Shown here in pieces: positions 39,533-48,539 of a stretch of 64,000 bases of DNA. The translations under genes were made by a program, and so were the position numbers. The notes under the pieces were generated by a model. That model saw nothing but the letters and a program-made list of their open reading frames with translations, had not been told where the DNA came from and did no database searches. Source of the stretch: Terriglobia bacterium (lineage in GTDB: Bacteria > Acidobacteriota > Terriglobia > 2-12-FULL-54-10); assembly GCA_963666975.2 (NCBI GenBank), contig CAXVYR010000004.1:2272001-2336000 (forward strand), given 5' to 3'. Every line of letters starts with the position of its first letter. Within the stretch, counting starts at the first letter, position 1.

Positions 39533-39772
39533 CTACAGTTTGAAAAGCTCGACGGCGTTTTCGCGAAGCAGTCTGTTCTTAGCTTCTTCCTTCAACCCGA
39601 GATGGTTGAGCTGCGACAAGCTTTTGTCCCAGGGCAACCCGTTGGTGCCCCATACGCATCGTTCTTGCCCCATGCGGCTCCCGATGAACTGAAGAATCTC
39701 AGGCTTCAGGTATTTAGGCATCCAGGCGTCTATGCCAAAGTAGATGTTGTCCCACTTATAACAGATGGAGAT
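39533..39772 (-). pseudogene. Amidohydrolase_2 family C-terminal fragment truncated at the IS3 end
   Basis: KWDNIYFGIDAWMPKYL...CVWGTNG...LLRENAVELFKL; the reading frame begins at the IS boundary. Confidence 0.8.
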
Positions 39773-39845
39773 TGTACGTCGTCAGATAATGTTGGACACA
39801 GAGCATAAAAAGATAAGGTGGCGTTCAGGCTCCTCTGGGTTGATG

Positions 39846-40829
39846 TTAGGCTGCCCTTCTTTTGAAGTGCAACCGTTTTCTTAAGATCATAGTTTTCTCT
39901 TTGATGCGATCCCGTTTTTGCAGGATGGCACTGCCTTGGCCTGTAAAAACGTCATACGGTGTCAGGTTGTTCAGGCTTTCATGGTATCGGTTGGTGTTGT
40001 AGTGGTTGACGAAGGCATCGATCTGCCGCTCCAGCTCTTCTGGCAGGTAATAGTTGTTGAGCAGGATGCGGTCTTTCAGAGTTCGGTGCCAGCGTTCGAT
40101 CTTGCCCTGCGTCATGGGGTGATAGGGCTTGCCGCGAGTATGCGGCACGCTGTTTTCTGCCAGCCATGATTGCAGTTCGGAAGAGACGTAGCACGGCCCG
40201 TTGTCGCTCAGGAGGCGAGGTCTGTGCCGGGCGCCCACGCGGTCGAGGCCGGTGGCTTGCAAAGCATCCCGCAACGTGGCCGAGACGTCACTTGCGCTCA
40301 TGGTTTTGCACAGCCGCCAGGCGATGATATAGCGCGAGAAGTCGTCCAGCACCGTGGACAGGTAGAACCAGCCCCAACCGATGACTTTCAGGTAGGTGAA
40401 GTCGGTCTGCCAGAGCTGGTTGACCGCCGTGGTCGGGTTGGCGAACCGTTCCGCCGCTTTCAGGACAATAAAGGCTGGCGCGGTAATCAGGTCATGGCTT
40501 TTCAGGACGCGGTAAACCGTCGATTCAGAAAGGTAATACCGCCTTTCCTCGGTAAAACGCACCGCCAGCTCGCGTGACGACAGATCGGGCTCGGCCAGGG
40601 CTAACGTCACCAACTGCTGAGTTATCTCCTCCGGCACCTTGTTCCAGACAGGGCCAGGATCGGGTTTTTTGTCTTCCAGCCCATCAAAGCCTTCCGACAC
40701 ATAGCGGTCGTACCAGTTGTAAAACGTCGATCTGGGAATGCCAACCTGCTGCAGCGTCCGGCGCACCCCCAGGGCAGATTGCTCCACCGTGCAGATGATC
40801 TCCAGCTTCTCCGAGGCAGGGTATCTCAT
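39846..40829 (-). CDS. IS3 transposase OrfB (DDE)
   Basis: WQTDFTY, LDDFSR, LSDNG, QGKIERWHRTLK. Confidence 0.95.
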   Translation of the reverse strand: MRYPASEKLEIICTVEQSALGVRRTLQQVGIPRSTFYNWYDRYVSEGFDGLEDKKPDPGPVWNKVPEEITQQLVTLALAEPDLSSRELAVRFTEERRYYLSESTVYRVLKSHDLITAPAFIVLKAAERFANPTTAVNQLWQTDFTYLKVIGWGWFYLSTVLDDFSRYIIAWRLCKTMSASDVSATLRDALQATGLDRVGARHRPRLLSDNGPCYVSSELQSWLAENSVPHTRGKPYHPMTQGKIERWHRTLKDRILLNNYYLPEELERQIDAFVNHYNTNRYHESLNNLTPYDVFTGQGSAILQKRDRIKEKTMILRKRLHFKRRAA

Positions 40830-41197
40830 GTATGTTCCTCCCCATCCCCGATCACGCTTTTTTTTAGCAGGCGATTTTCCAGCATAGCCTCGGCCAGGGC
40901 CTCTTTCAGCTGTACGGCCTGCTCCCGCAGAGTCTTGACTTCGCCACTGGTTGCCTCACGGTCTATGTCGCCCGCCAGCCGCTTGCGGCCAGCCTCCAGA
41001 AACTCCTTGCTCCAGCGGTAATACTGGTTCTGGTGCAGCCCCTCGCGGCGGCACAGCTCCGCGATGCTGTCCTCGCCGCGAAGTCCCTGCAATACAATGC
41101 GGATTTTGTCTTCCGGGCTGAACCTGCGCCGCGTCCTGCGTTTGATCTCCCGGACGGCCTTCTCGACCGCCCCCCTGTCGTCTTGTTTTTGTCTCAT
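40826..41197 (-). CDS. IS3 transposase OrfA (HTH)
   Basis: RRFSPEDKIRIVL..SIAELCRREG; A8G slippery run in LLKKS. Confidence 0.95.
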   Translation of the reverse strand: MRQKQDDRGAVEKAVREIKRRTRRRFSPEDKIRIVLQGLRGEDSIAELCRREGLHQNQYYRWSKEFLEAGRKRLAGDIDREATSGEVKTLREQAVQLKEALAEAMLENRLLKKSVIGDGEEHT

Positions 41198-41456
41198 CTT
41201 CGTTCCTTTCAGTCTCTACGATGAGCCAAAAACATCACCTTAACTATTACCCTCTACCTGTCCAACAAGCCCTGACGGGGCACAGTGACAAGGCAGGAGG
41301 CATAGGTCTTCTGGTGAGAGAAAGCTCAAAATGGACATTCCGGTGAATATGGCTTTTGGAGCATTGATCATCTTTCACCATGGATGCATACTGCCACTCA
41401 AGGCAAGTGCCGTCCAGCAAAGCGACGGCAGGAGGCACCGATAATGGGTAACCGAA

Positions 41457-42317
41457 GTGGAGGAAGTCATGAACGAAGGTACCGCTGGATCAAGCCGAGG
41501 TGATCTCACACTAGTGATTGGTGGCACCGGCAAGACCGGCCGGCGTGTCGCCGAGCGGCTCGCGAGCCGAGGCCTGCCGACGCGGATAGCATCACGCACC
41601 GGCGACCCGCCTTTCGACTGGGGCGACCGGAGCACCTGGGGCCCCATGCTCGACGGGATCGCCGCCGCTTACATGACGTACGCCCCCGACCTGGCCATCC
41701 CCGGCGCGGCCGACGCCATTCGCGACTTCGCCGAGCTGGCCGAGCGTCGGGGGGTAAGGCGGCTGGTCCTCCTCTCGGGACGCGGGGAAGAGGAGGCACA
41801 GCGCTGCGAGCTCATCATCCAGCGTCGCGACATCGAGTGGACCATAGTTCGCGCGAGCTGGTTCTTTCAGAACTTCAGCGAGGGTCCGTTCCTCGACATG
41901 GTGCTTGCCGGCGAGATCGCGCTGCCGGCCGGCGACGTCCGGGAGCCGTTCCTCGACGCGGAGGACATCGCCGACGTCGCCGTGGCCGCGTTGACGGAGG
42001 ACGGTCACGCGGGCCAAGTCTACGAGCTGACCGGATCGCGGCTCCTCACGTTCGCCGAAGCGGTCGACGAGATCGCTTTGGCGACCGGACGCGAGATCCG
42101 ATACACCCAGGTGCCGCACGAGGCCTTCACGGCGGGGTTGGCCGAGCTTGGCCTCCCGGAGGACATCGCGTGGCTGATGGATTACTTGTTCTCTACTGTC
42201 CTCGACGGCCGCAACGCGCACCAGGAAGACGGCGTCCGTCGGGCGCTCGGTCGCGAGCCCGGGGACTTCGCCGACTATGCGCGCCGCACCGCCGCCACCG
42301 GCATCTGGGACGCATAG
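41457..42317 (+). CDS. NmrA-like NAD(P)H-binding atypical SDR
   Basis: LVIGGTGKTGRRV, VLLSGRGE, WFFQNFSE, DAEDIADVA, YELTG. Confidence 0.9.
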   Translation: MEEVMNEGTAGSSRGDLTLVIGGTGKTGRRVAERLASRGLPTRIASRTGDPPFDWGDRSTWGPMLDGIAAAYMTYAPDLAIPGAADAIRDFAELAERRGVRRLVLLSGRGEEEAQRCELIIQRRDIEWTIVRASWFFQNFSEGPFLDMVLAGEIALPAGDVREPFLDAEDIADVAVAALTEDGHAGQVYELTGSRLLTFAEAVDEIALATGREIRYTQVPHEAFTAGLAELGLPEDIAWLMDYLFSTVLDGRNAHQEDGVRRALGREPGDFADYARRTAATGIWDA

Positions 42318-42344
42318 CCATGACTTCGGAGGGAGGTTGGGGGA

Positions 42345-42821
42345 ATGGATCAGCTCATGCCCGTTGTCGGGACGATGGCCCTGCTCGGATCGGCTTTGGT
42401 GGGGGGCATCTTCTTCGCGTTCTCGAGCTTCGTGATGAAGGCCCTGTCGCGCCTACCGGCCGCCGAGGGCATCGCTGCGATGCAGTCGATCAACGTCGTC
42501 GTACTCAACCCGTCGTTTCTGGGAGCCTTCATCGGAACGGCCATCTTCTCGCTCGGCGCGGTAGTGCTCGCCGTCGTAGGCTGGGGTCGTCCCCCAACTC
42601 CCTTCCTCATCGGCGGGGCGACCTTCTACCTCGTGGGGACGTTCCTCGTCACCGCCTTGGGCAACGTCCCCTGGAACGACCAGCTGGCCGCGTTGTCCGT
42701 CAACGATGCCGGCGCCGCAGAGATGTGGGACCGCTACGTAGCCCGTTGGACCGCGTGGAACCACGTCCGGACGGTCGCCGCGATGGTTGCCGCGCTCCTG
42801 TACACCTTGGGCCTCATCTAA
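42345..42821 (+). CDS. DUF1772 / anthrone oxygenase family membrane protein
   Basis: GIFFAFSSFVM.AL, AMQSIN, NVPWND.LA, WTAWNHVRT. Confidence 0.9.
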   Translation: MDQLMPVVGTMALLGSALVGGIFFAFSSFVMKALSRLPAAEGIAAMQSINVVVLNPSFLGAFIGTAIFSLGAVVLAVVGWGRPPTPFLIGGATFYLVGTFLVTALGNVPWNDQLAALSVNDAGAAEMWDRYVARWTAWNHVRTVAAMVAALLYTLGLI

Positions 42822-42835
42822 GGCGGTCGGTCGTA

Positions 42836-43252
42836 ATGTCGAGAGTACCCGACGTTGAGGAGCCCGATGTTTCGCTCGTGGGAGTGCTCTTCCGCGTGGT
42901 CCTACGGAAACTGGGGACGGTTCCGCAGCCGCTGCGCATTCACGCGCTGAGCCGGACCAGCCTGCGGGGATACGCGATGATGGAGGGGGCCCAAGAATCC
43001 GCGAAGTCGGCCCCACAGCATCTGAAGAAGCTGGCTCAGATTCGCGTTGCGACCCGAATCGGGTACCCGTTCTGAATCGACATCAACTCTGCCGGCGGCA
43101 GATAAGCCGGAGTGCCAATCGATCAGCTTCAGAAGATCGCGGACTACGCGAGGTCCTCGACCTTTTCGGATGACGAGAAGGCAGTCCTCCGACTGGCGGA
43201 CGCGATAGCGGGGACTCCAGCGGTTGTGCCTTCAGAGGTTTCCTCCTCCTGA
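42836..43252 (+). pseudogene. AhpD/carboxymuconolactone decarboxylase-like selenoprotein gene, decayed
   Basis: LAQIRVATRIGYPF-TGA-IDINSAGGR-TAA-AGV...FSDDEKAVLRLADAIAGTP, all in one frame; SECIS-like hairpin at 43088-43102. Confidence 0.8.
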
Positions 43253-43434
43253 ATCCGGGATCGGCGCTGGAACACGAATAAAGGTTCACGCCGGAGGTCA
43301 ATAGAAGGTTACTTCTGCAATTTAAAATCGGAGATGCTGTCGAGGAATTCGGAACTCGTGAAAATCTTCCGGTCCCGGGGCGAGAGCGGTTCCCGTGACA
43401 GTGTAGAGTGGGGCAACAGGAAGCTAAGCCGTTT

Positions 43435-43499
43435 CCGCGTGCGCCAAGCCGAGGGGTTAGCAAGCGGACCCTTACACCAGTTTTTCAACAACCTCTTAG
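43435..43499. repeat. MITE right end
   Basis: TTAGCAAGCGGACCCTTACACCAGTTTTTCAACAACCT is a near reverse complement of 59741-59779. Confidence 0.75.
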
Positions 43500-43572
43500 G
43501 AATGCTGGACTCTATTGCAATTTGAAGCGATAGCCTCTCTCTTTCGCTAGGGGAAGCGGGGCAGGAACGGTC

Positions 43573-44490
43573 CTAACGGCGCGGCGGGTTTTTTCCTTCC
43601 GGAGGCAGGGCGCGGTAGCGGCTGAATTCATGGTCGCCGGCTTTGCGACAACTGACCCACCGGTACCAGGGAGCTGTTTCAATAGAGAATCCGGCGCCTG
43701 CAATACTGCTGGGACGCATGGCAACACCTGGCCGGTCAACCGGCTCGGCACTCTCTTGTTCTCTGGGGATTCCGGGGCCGGCCTCTTGCGGGGCAACTGT
43801 CAGGAATTTTTCGTCCACCCACCCGCCCCGAACCAAGTGTCCGTAGAGCGTAGGACCCGCCTCGCACAGCAAGTACCGCACGCCGTGCTCCTTACGCAGC
43901 GTGCGCAGCAGCGATCCCAGGTCCACGGACCTCCCATAGCCAGATACCAAAACCTGCGTCTCGCCGGTATCGCCCAGGTTTCCGAAGCCCTCCGGGGTTG
44001 TGGCAATCAGCGTCTCCACATGCTCAGACCGGAACAAGCGGTAGTCGGCCAGCTTCAGGTTGCCGGAGCCGGTAACGAGGATGTTTCTCTGTTTGCCCCG
44101 GCCCAGCCGCTCGCGGCGCAGACGGAGCAACTCCGGGTCGGTGATGCGGAACACGGGACCTCCCGGGATGCCTCCGGAAAGCGTTTCCTGGATGAGCGAG
44201 CCCGCTCCGTAAAGGACCGCGTCGGCCTGCACCCGCAGCAGGTCCATCATCCAGCGGTCGTGGCGGCTTCGGGAGATCCACTCTCCTCCCGGCCGCTTCC
44301 CGCCAAAGGTAACCATGCCGTCGAGGCTCTGCACGAAGTTGGCGTAAACCCACGGACGGTCCGGGGGCGGGTCGGGAAAACCCAGGTTGCCTGCAAACCG
44401 GAGCAGGCCCGCGGGCAGCGCGGGATTCGGTTCGCTGGTGTCAAACAACACTTCAAAGGGATCCAGCCCTGGTGGCGCTTTGAATTCCAT
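43573..44490 (-). CDS. RibD C-terminal (pyrimidine reductase/DHFR-fold) domain protein
   Basis: RPWVYANFVQSLDG, LRVQADAVLYGAG, LVTGSG, LLCEAGPTL, VDEKFLTVAP. Confidence 0.88.
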   Translation of the reverse strand: MEFKAPPGLDPFEVLFDTSEPNPALPAGLLRFAGNLGFPDPPPDRPWVYANFVQSLDGMVTFGGKRPGGEWISRSRHDRWMMDLLRVQADAVLYGAGSLIQETLSGGIPGGPVFRITDPELLRLRRERLGRGKQRNILVTGSGNLKLADYRLFRSEHVETLIATTPEGFGNLGDTGETQVLVSGYGRSVDLGSLLRTLRKEHGVRYLLCEAGPTLYGHLVRGGWVDEKFLTVAPQEAGPGIPREQESAEPVDRPGVAMRPSSIAGAGFSIETAPWYRWVSCRKAGDHEFSRYRALPPEGKNPPRR

Positions 44491-44788
44491 GGTAGATGCT
44501 GATGCTGATGCTGATGCTGCGGGCCGCAGTTTAACGAGTTGCAGTATAGAAGGGTTGCCGGTTCCAGACAAGAGTGTGTATGCCGTCCTAAAACGCTCTG
44601 CACGCAGACCACGCAGTGGCCGCAGTATTGACTTCTGCCCCCTTCACCACGAATCCAACTAGTTGTAATATAATGGGATTACCCTTCTTTTCCGGCTCCT
44701 GACGTCGGCACAAGAAAGGCCGGTACTGGCAGAAGGGCGCAGGTTTTGTAACGCAGTGAGCCGAGGGCGGCGAGTTGAGGATGGCCTC

Positions 44789-45880
44789 ATGCTGATGTTA
44801 AACAAGTTGAGAGAGATCGAGACGCGCTACGAGGAGTTGAACATCCAGCTCAGCACGCCGGAGATCATCGCCGACACTCAGCTCTACCAAAAGACCGCCA
44901 AGGCCCACAGTGAACTGGCCGCTATTGTGGACAAATTCCGCCAGTGGAAGGACCTGGAAAAGTCTCTCGCCGAGACTAAGGGAATGCTGGAAGAGGAAGA
45001 GTCGGAGCAGGACCCCGAGCTGCGCGCCCTGGCCGAAGAGGAATGGGTCACGCTCGAACGGAAGCGCGACCAGACCGAGGGCGAGATGAAGCTCTTGCTG
45101 GTTCCCAAAGACCCCAACGACGAGAAGAACGTGGTGCTCGAAATCCGCGCCGGGACGGGCGGCGATGAGGCCACGCTATTCGCGCAAGAAATATTCCGCA
45201 TGTACTGCCGCTACGCCGAATCGCAGCGCTGGCGAGTGGAGATGCTTTCCAGCAGCTACTCCGGCATCGGGGGCCTCAAGGAGGTCATCGCGATGATTGA
45301 GGGCAGCCACGTGTACAGCAAGATGAAGTACGAAAGCGGCGTGCACCGGGTGCAGCGAGTGCCTCAGACCGAGCAGCAGGGCCGCGTCCATACCTCGGCG
45401 GTGACGGTGGCCGTGCTGCCGGAAGCCAATGAGGTGGAAGTGGCGGTCGATCCCAAGGAAATCCGCATCGACACTTTCTGCTCCTCCGGCCCCGGAGGGC
45501 AGTCGGTGAACACCACTTACTCTGCCGTCCGCATCACCCACCAGCCGACCGGCTTGGTGGTCTCCTGCCAGGATGAGAAATCGCAGATCAAAAACAAGGC
45601 CAAGGCGATGAGGGTGCTGCGCAGCCGCTTGCTCGCCCTGGAGCAGGAAAAGCAGCACAACGCCCTGGCCCAGGAGCGCAAGGCCATGGTGGGGAGCGGC
45701 GACCGCAGCGAAAAGATCCGAACCTACAACTTCCCTCAGAACCGCCTCACCGACCACCGCATCGGGCTGACGCTTTATCAGCTCGACTCGGTAATGGAAG
45801 GCCGCCTGGAGCCGGTGGTGGAGCCTCTGGTCACTCACTACCAGGCCGAGAAGCTCAAGCAGGAGATGGTGACTGTGTGA
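44789..45880 (+). CDS. prfA: Peptide chain release factor 1
   Basis: [25 protein letters not shown] (PxT), [16 protein letters not shown]. Confidence 0.97.
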   Translation: MLMLNKLREIETRYEELNIQLSTPEIIADTQLYQKTAKAHSELAAIVDKFRQWKDLEKSLAETKGMLEEEESEQDPELRALAEEEWVTLERKRDQTEGEMKLLLVPKDPNDEKNVVLEIRAGTGGDEATLFAQEIFRMYCRYAESQRWRVEMLSSSYSGIGGLKEVIAMIEGSHVYSKMKYESGVHRVQRVPQTEQQGRVHTSAVTVAVLPEANEVEVAVDPKEIRIDTFCSSGPGGQSVNTTYSAVRITHQPTGLVVSCQDEKSQIKNKAKAMRVLRSRLLALEQEKQHNALAQERKAMVGSGDRSEKIRTYNFPQNRLTDHRIGLTLYQLDSVMEGRLEPVVEPLVTHYQAEKLKQEMVTV

Positions 45881-45886
45881 ACGGCA

Positions 45887-46018
45887 ATGAGAAAGCGCTA
45901 CGACTTTTCTAAAGCGAAACGCAACCCGTATTCCCGGCGGCTCAAGCAGCAGGCGACGATCCGGCTGGACAAGACTCGCGGGAATTTACGGCGTTCATTC
46001 TATATACCACGGGGCTAG
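45887..46018 (+). pseudogene. BrnA/CopG-like antitoxin N-terminal fragment
   Basis: MRKRYDFSKAKRNPYSRRLKQQATIRLD, then diverges and stops. Confidence 0.65.
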
Positions 46019-46069
46019 GCGCCTGTGCCGGGTCGATTGGCTCGCATGCCAATCCAGTACATTTTGCGT

Positions 46070-46291
46070 ATGAGTTCAGTCAACATCCAGGAAATCCTAA
46101 AACTGAGTGTGGCGGAACGGATCGAGATCGTCGAAGCCATCTGGGATAGCATCACGGCTTCGCCAGAGAGCCTGCCGGTTACTGCGGCCCAAAAACGGGA
46201 GTTGGATCGTCGGCTTGCGGAACACCGGACGAACCCCGAAGCGGGAGAAACCTGGGAAGAGATTCGAGACTCCCTGGACGAGAACCAGTGA
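46070..46291 (+). CDS. Addiction-module antitoxin (TIGR02574-like)
   Basis: LSVAERIEIVEAIWDSI...ELDRRL...WEEIR. Confidence 0.9.
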   Translation: MSSVNIQEILKLSVAERIEIVEAIWDSITASPESLPVTAAQKRELDRRLAEHRTNPEAGETWEEIRDSLDENQ

Positions 46292-46584
46292 GGCTACGCC
46301 TCACCCCGCCAGCCGAAGCCGACGTCCGGGACATCCACACTTGGTACAGAGATCAAGGTGAAAGCTTGGCTCCGGAGTTCCGGCAGGCTCTCGACTCTTG
46401 CTTGAGCCGGGTCCGGCAAAACCCGCTGACATATCCCAGGGTTCACGGGGAAATCCGCCGGGCACTGCTGCAACGGTTTCCTTACTGCGTTTTCTACGTG
46501 GTCAGCGAGTCGGAGGTGGCAGTCATCGGGGTCCTGCACGGCCATCGTGATCCGAAGGTCTGGCAGTCTCGCCAAGACGCCTGA
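46288..46584 (+). CDS. RelE/ParE family toxin
   Basis: AEADV.DI..WY, RRALLQRFPY.VFY, VIGVLHGHRDP; 4-bp overlap with the antitoxin. Confidence 0.9.
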   Translation: MRLRLTPPAEADVRDIHTWYRDQGESLAPEFRQALDSCLSRVRQNPLTYPRVHGEIRRALLQRFPYCVFYVVSESEVAVIGVLHGHRDPKVWQSRQDA

Positions 46585-46717
46585 CAGCACACTACAGTGA
46601 CTGATAAGGCTTACATTGCAACGTTCTGGATATAATGAGCCGACTTTCGGAATTCCGCAGTGTGCGGTACGTTCGTAGGGGATAGCAAGAGGCGAGCAGC
46701 TTGACCGTTGAATTGCT

Positions 46718-47443
46718 ATGACGACTCGAAATGAACAACCATGGGCCTCTGGGCCAGGAGAGATTCTCCTACACGGGCTGAAACTGTTGACCGAGGATTC
46801 TGGCACGACTCGCCGCCTAGCTCTAATAGCCATCGACAATGCTGTTGAGCTTATCATCAAAACCTATTTGAGCTTACCTAAAAGGGTAACGGGCCTCTCC
46901 ATTCCACGTAAGCGTTTAGAGGAAATTTCCGAAAGCTTCCCTTCACTGCTTGATGAACTCGAAGGCTGTGCGCCGGACAAATTGCAAGGAGTTGATCTTG
47001 CATCTATTGAATGGTATCACCGAATACGAAATCAGTTATACCATCAGGGATTTGGGCTATCAGTCGAGCGTGAGAAAGTCGAGATTTACGCTGAGTTAGC
47101 CAATTCGCTTTTCAAGAATCTGTTCGGGACGAGTGTCATTGAGGATAGGAAAGAAGGAACAGAACTTTTGGGTCGTTTCATCCAACTCTGGCCTCGATTG
47201 GAAAGTGGCCTTGCAGATATTGCAAGCGACCACACACTAACTGCTGGCAGGCCAAGAACATTACTTGCTACCGTGAAGTTCCTTAGGGAAGGACATATCT
47301 TCCCGAAAGAAGAACTTGACGAGATTGAGAGGCTAAGAAAACTTCGTAACGAGGTGGTCCACGGAATGGTCGACTACAGGCAGGTTCTTGATGAAAAAAC
47401 TGTGGATAGAGTGGAGCAACTTGTTCATTCGCTTGAAGAGTAA
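46718..47443 (+). CDS. Hypothetical protein with two HEPN-like RxxxxH motifs
   Basis: DNAVE...RIRNQLYH and GRFIQLW..LE...RKLRNEVVH; visibly more AT-rich than its neighbours. Confidence 0.7.
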   Translation: MTTRNEQPWASGPGEILLHGLKLLTEDSGTTRRLALIAIDNAVELIIKTYLSLPKRVTGLSIPRKRLEEISESFPSLLDELEGCAPDKLQGVDLASIEWYHRIRNQLYHQGFGLSVEREKVEIYAELANSLFKNLFGTSVIEDRKEGTELLGRFIQLWPRLESGLADIASDHTLTAGRPRTLLATVKFLREGHIFPKEELDEIERLRKLRNEVVHGMVDYRQVLDEKTVDRVEQLVHSLEE

Positions 47444-47627
47444 ACCGGAATTACACAGAGCTGAACGTCCTGCTGCTCAATAAATCTCTACAGCCCACAT
47501 CCGCTGAAGCCGGAGGCGATGTTGAGCTTGATGTCGTTATCAGGCGCGTACATTAACCAAAACTACAATACTCCGACGCCGCTTTCTCTCTCTGAACCAG
47601 ATACATTCTTGGGCTGAATGCCGGCTT

Positions 47628-48515
47628 ATGCAATTGAAAGACGCCTTGGCGCAGGGGATCGAGCTGCTCGAAAAGGGCCGCATCCCTTCGCCTCGCCTTA
47701 CCGCCGAAGTGTTGTTGATGCACGCGGTCCATTGTGACCGCGCCCACCTCCACGCTCATCCGGAGCGGGAACTCTCCGACAGCGAATGGGTTCACTATGG
47801 CCGCTATTTGAACGAGCGGCTCCAGGGCAAGCCCACCCAGTACATCACCGGCCGTCAGGAGTTCTGGGGGATGGAGTTTCTGGTGAACCCGTCGGTTCTC
47901 ATCCCCCGTCCCGAGACCGAGCATGTCGTAGAGGCTGCGCTGGAGCTGGCCCGCGCGCACTTCCCGCCGGGTGGTGACTGCCGCATCGCCGACGTCGGCA
48001 CCGGCTCCGGCTGCATCGCCGTGGCGCTCGCCAGCGAGCTGCCGCACGCCACGATCTATGCTCTGGAGCAGTCACCGGAGGCTCTGGAGACCGCGCGGCA
48101 GAACGCCCGGTGGCTGGGCGTGAAGAATCAGATCACCTTCTTGCAATCGGACCTGTTGGAAATTGATTCCGTCGAAGCGCTGCCGCAGCTTGAAATGGTG
48201 GCCTGCAACCCTCCTTATGTCGCCGAGCGCGACCAGAGCAAAGTGCAAGCGGAGGTGCGCAACTTTGAGCCTCACGCCGCCGTCTTTGCCGGAGAATCCG
48301 GCCAGGAAGCCTACCGCAAGCTGATTCCCCAGGCCACCCGAGCCCTGCGTTTGGGGGGCTATCTGGTGCTCGAACTGGGATATGATGCCGAAGAGCGGGT
48401 ACGCAACCTTTTGCCGTCCTCCGAGTGGGACGAGGTTCGCTCGTGGCCCGACTTGGCCGGCATTGTGCGGGTCGTCACCGCCCGGCGCAGGCCGAGGTCG
48501 TCGGCAGAGAAATAG
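47628..48515 (+). CDS. prmC: Release factor glutamine methyltransferase
   Basis: PTQYITG, VLIPRPETE, DVGTGSGCIA, NPPY. Confidence 0.96.
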   Translation: MQLKDALAQGIELLEKGRIPSPRLTAEVLLMHAVHCDRAHLHAHPERELSDSEWVHYGRYLNERLQGKPTQYITGRQEFWGMEFLVNPSVLIPRPETEHVVEAALELARAHFPPGGDCRIADVGTGSGCIAVALASELPHATIYALEQSPEALETARQNARWLGVKNQITFLQSDLLEIDSVEALPQLEMVACNPPYVAERDQSKVQAEVRNFEPHAAVFAGESGQEAYRKLIPQATRALRLGGYLVLELGYDAEERVRNLLPSSEWDEVRSWPDLAGIVRVVTARRRPRSSAEK

Positions 48516-48539
48516 CAGGGAATCCGCAGGAGAATCCAG

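Larger units (their letters stand above)
39773..41284 (-). mobile_element. Complete IS3-family insertion sequence (1512 bp)
   Basis: 26-bp imperfect TIRs TGTACGTCGTCAGATAATGTTGGACA / TGTCCAACAAGCCCTGACGGGGCACA; orfA and orfB; no flanking direct repeat seen. Confidence 0.93.

Noticed and set aside
41837-43075. 412-aa plus-strand ORF
   Set aside because: Alternative frame over the NmrA and DUF1772 genes; only the part from 42836 is real.
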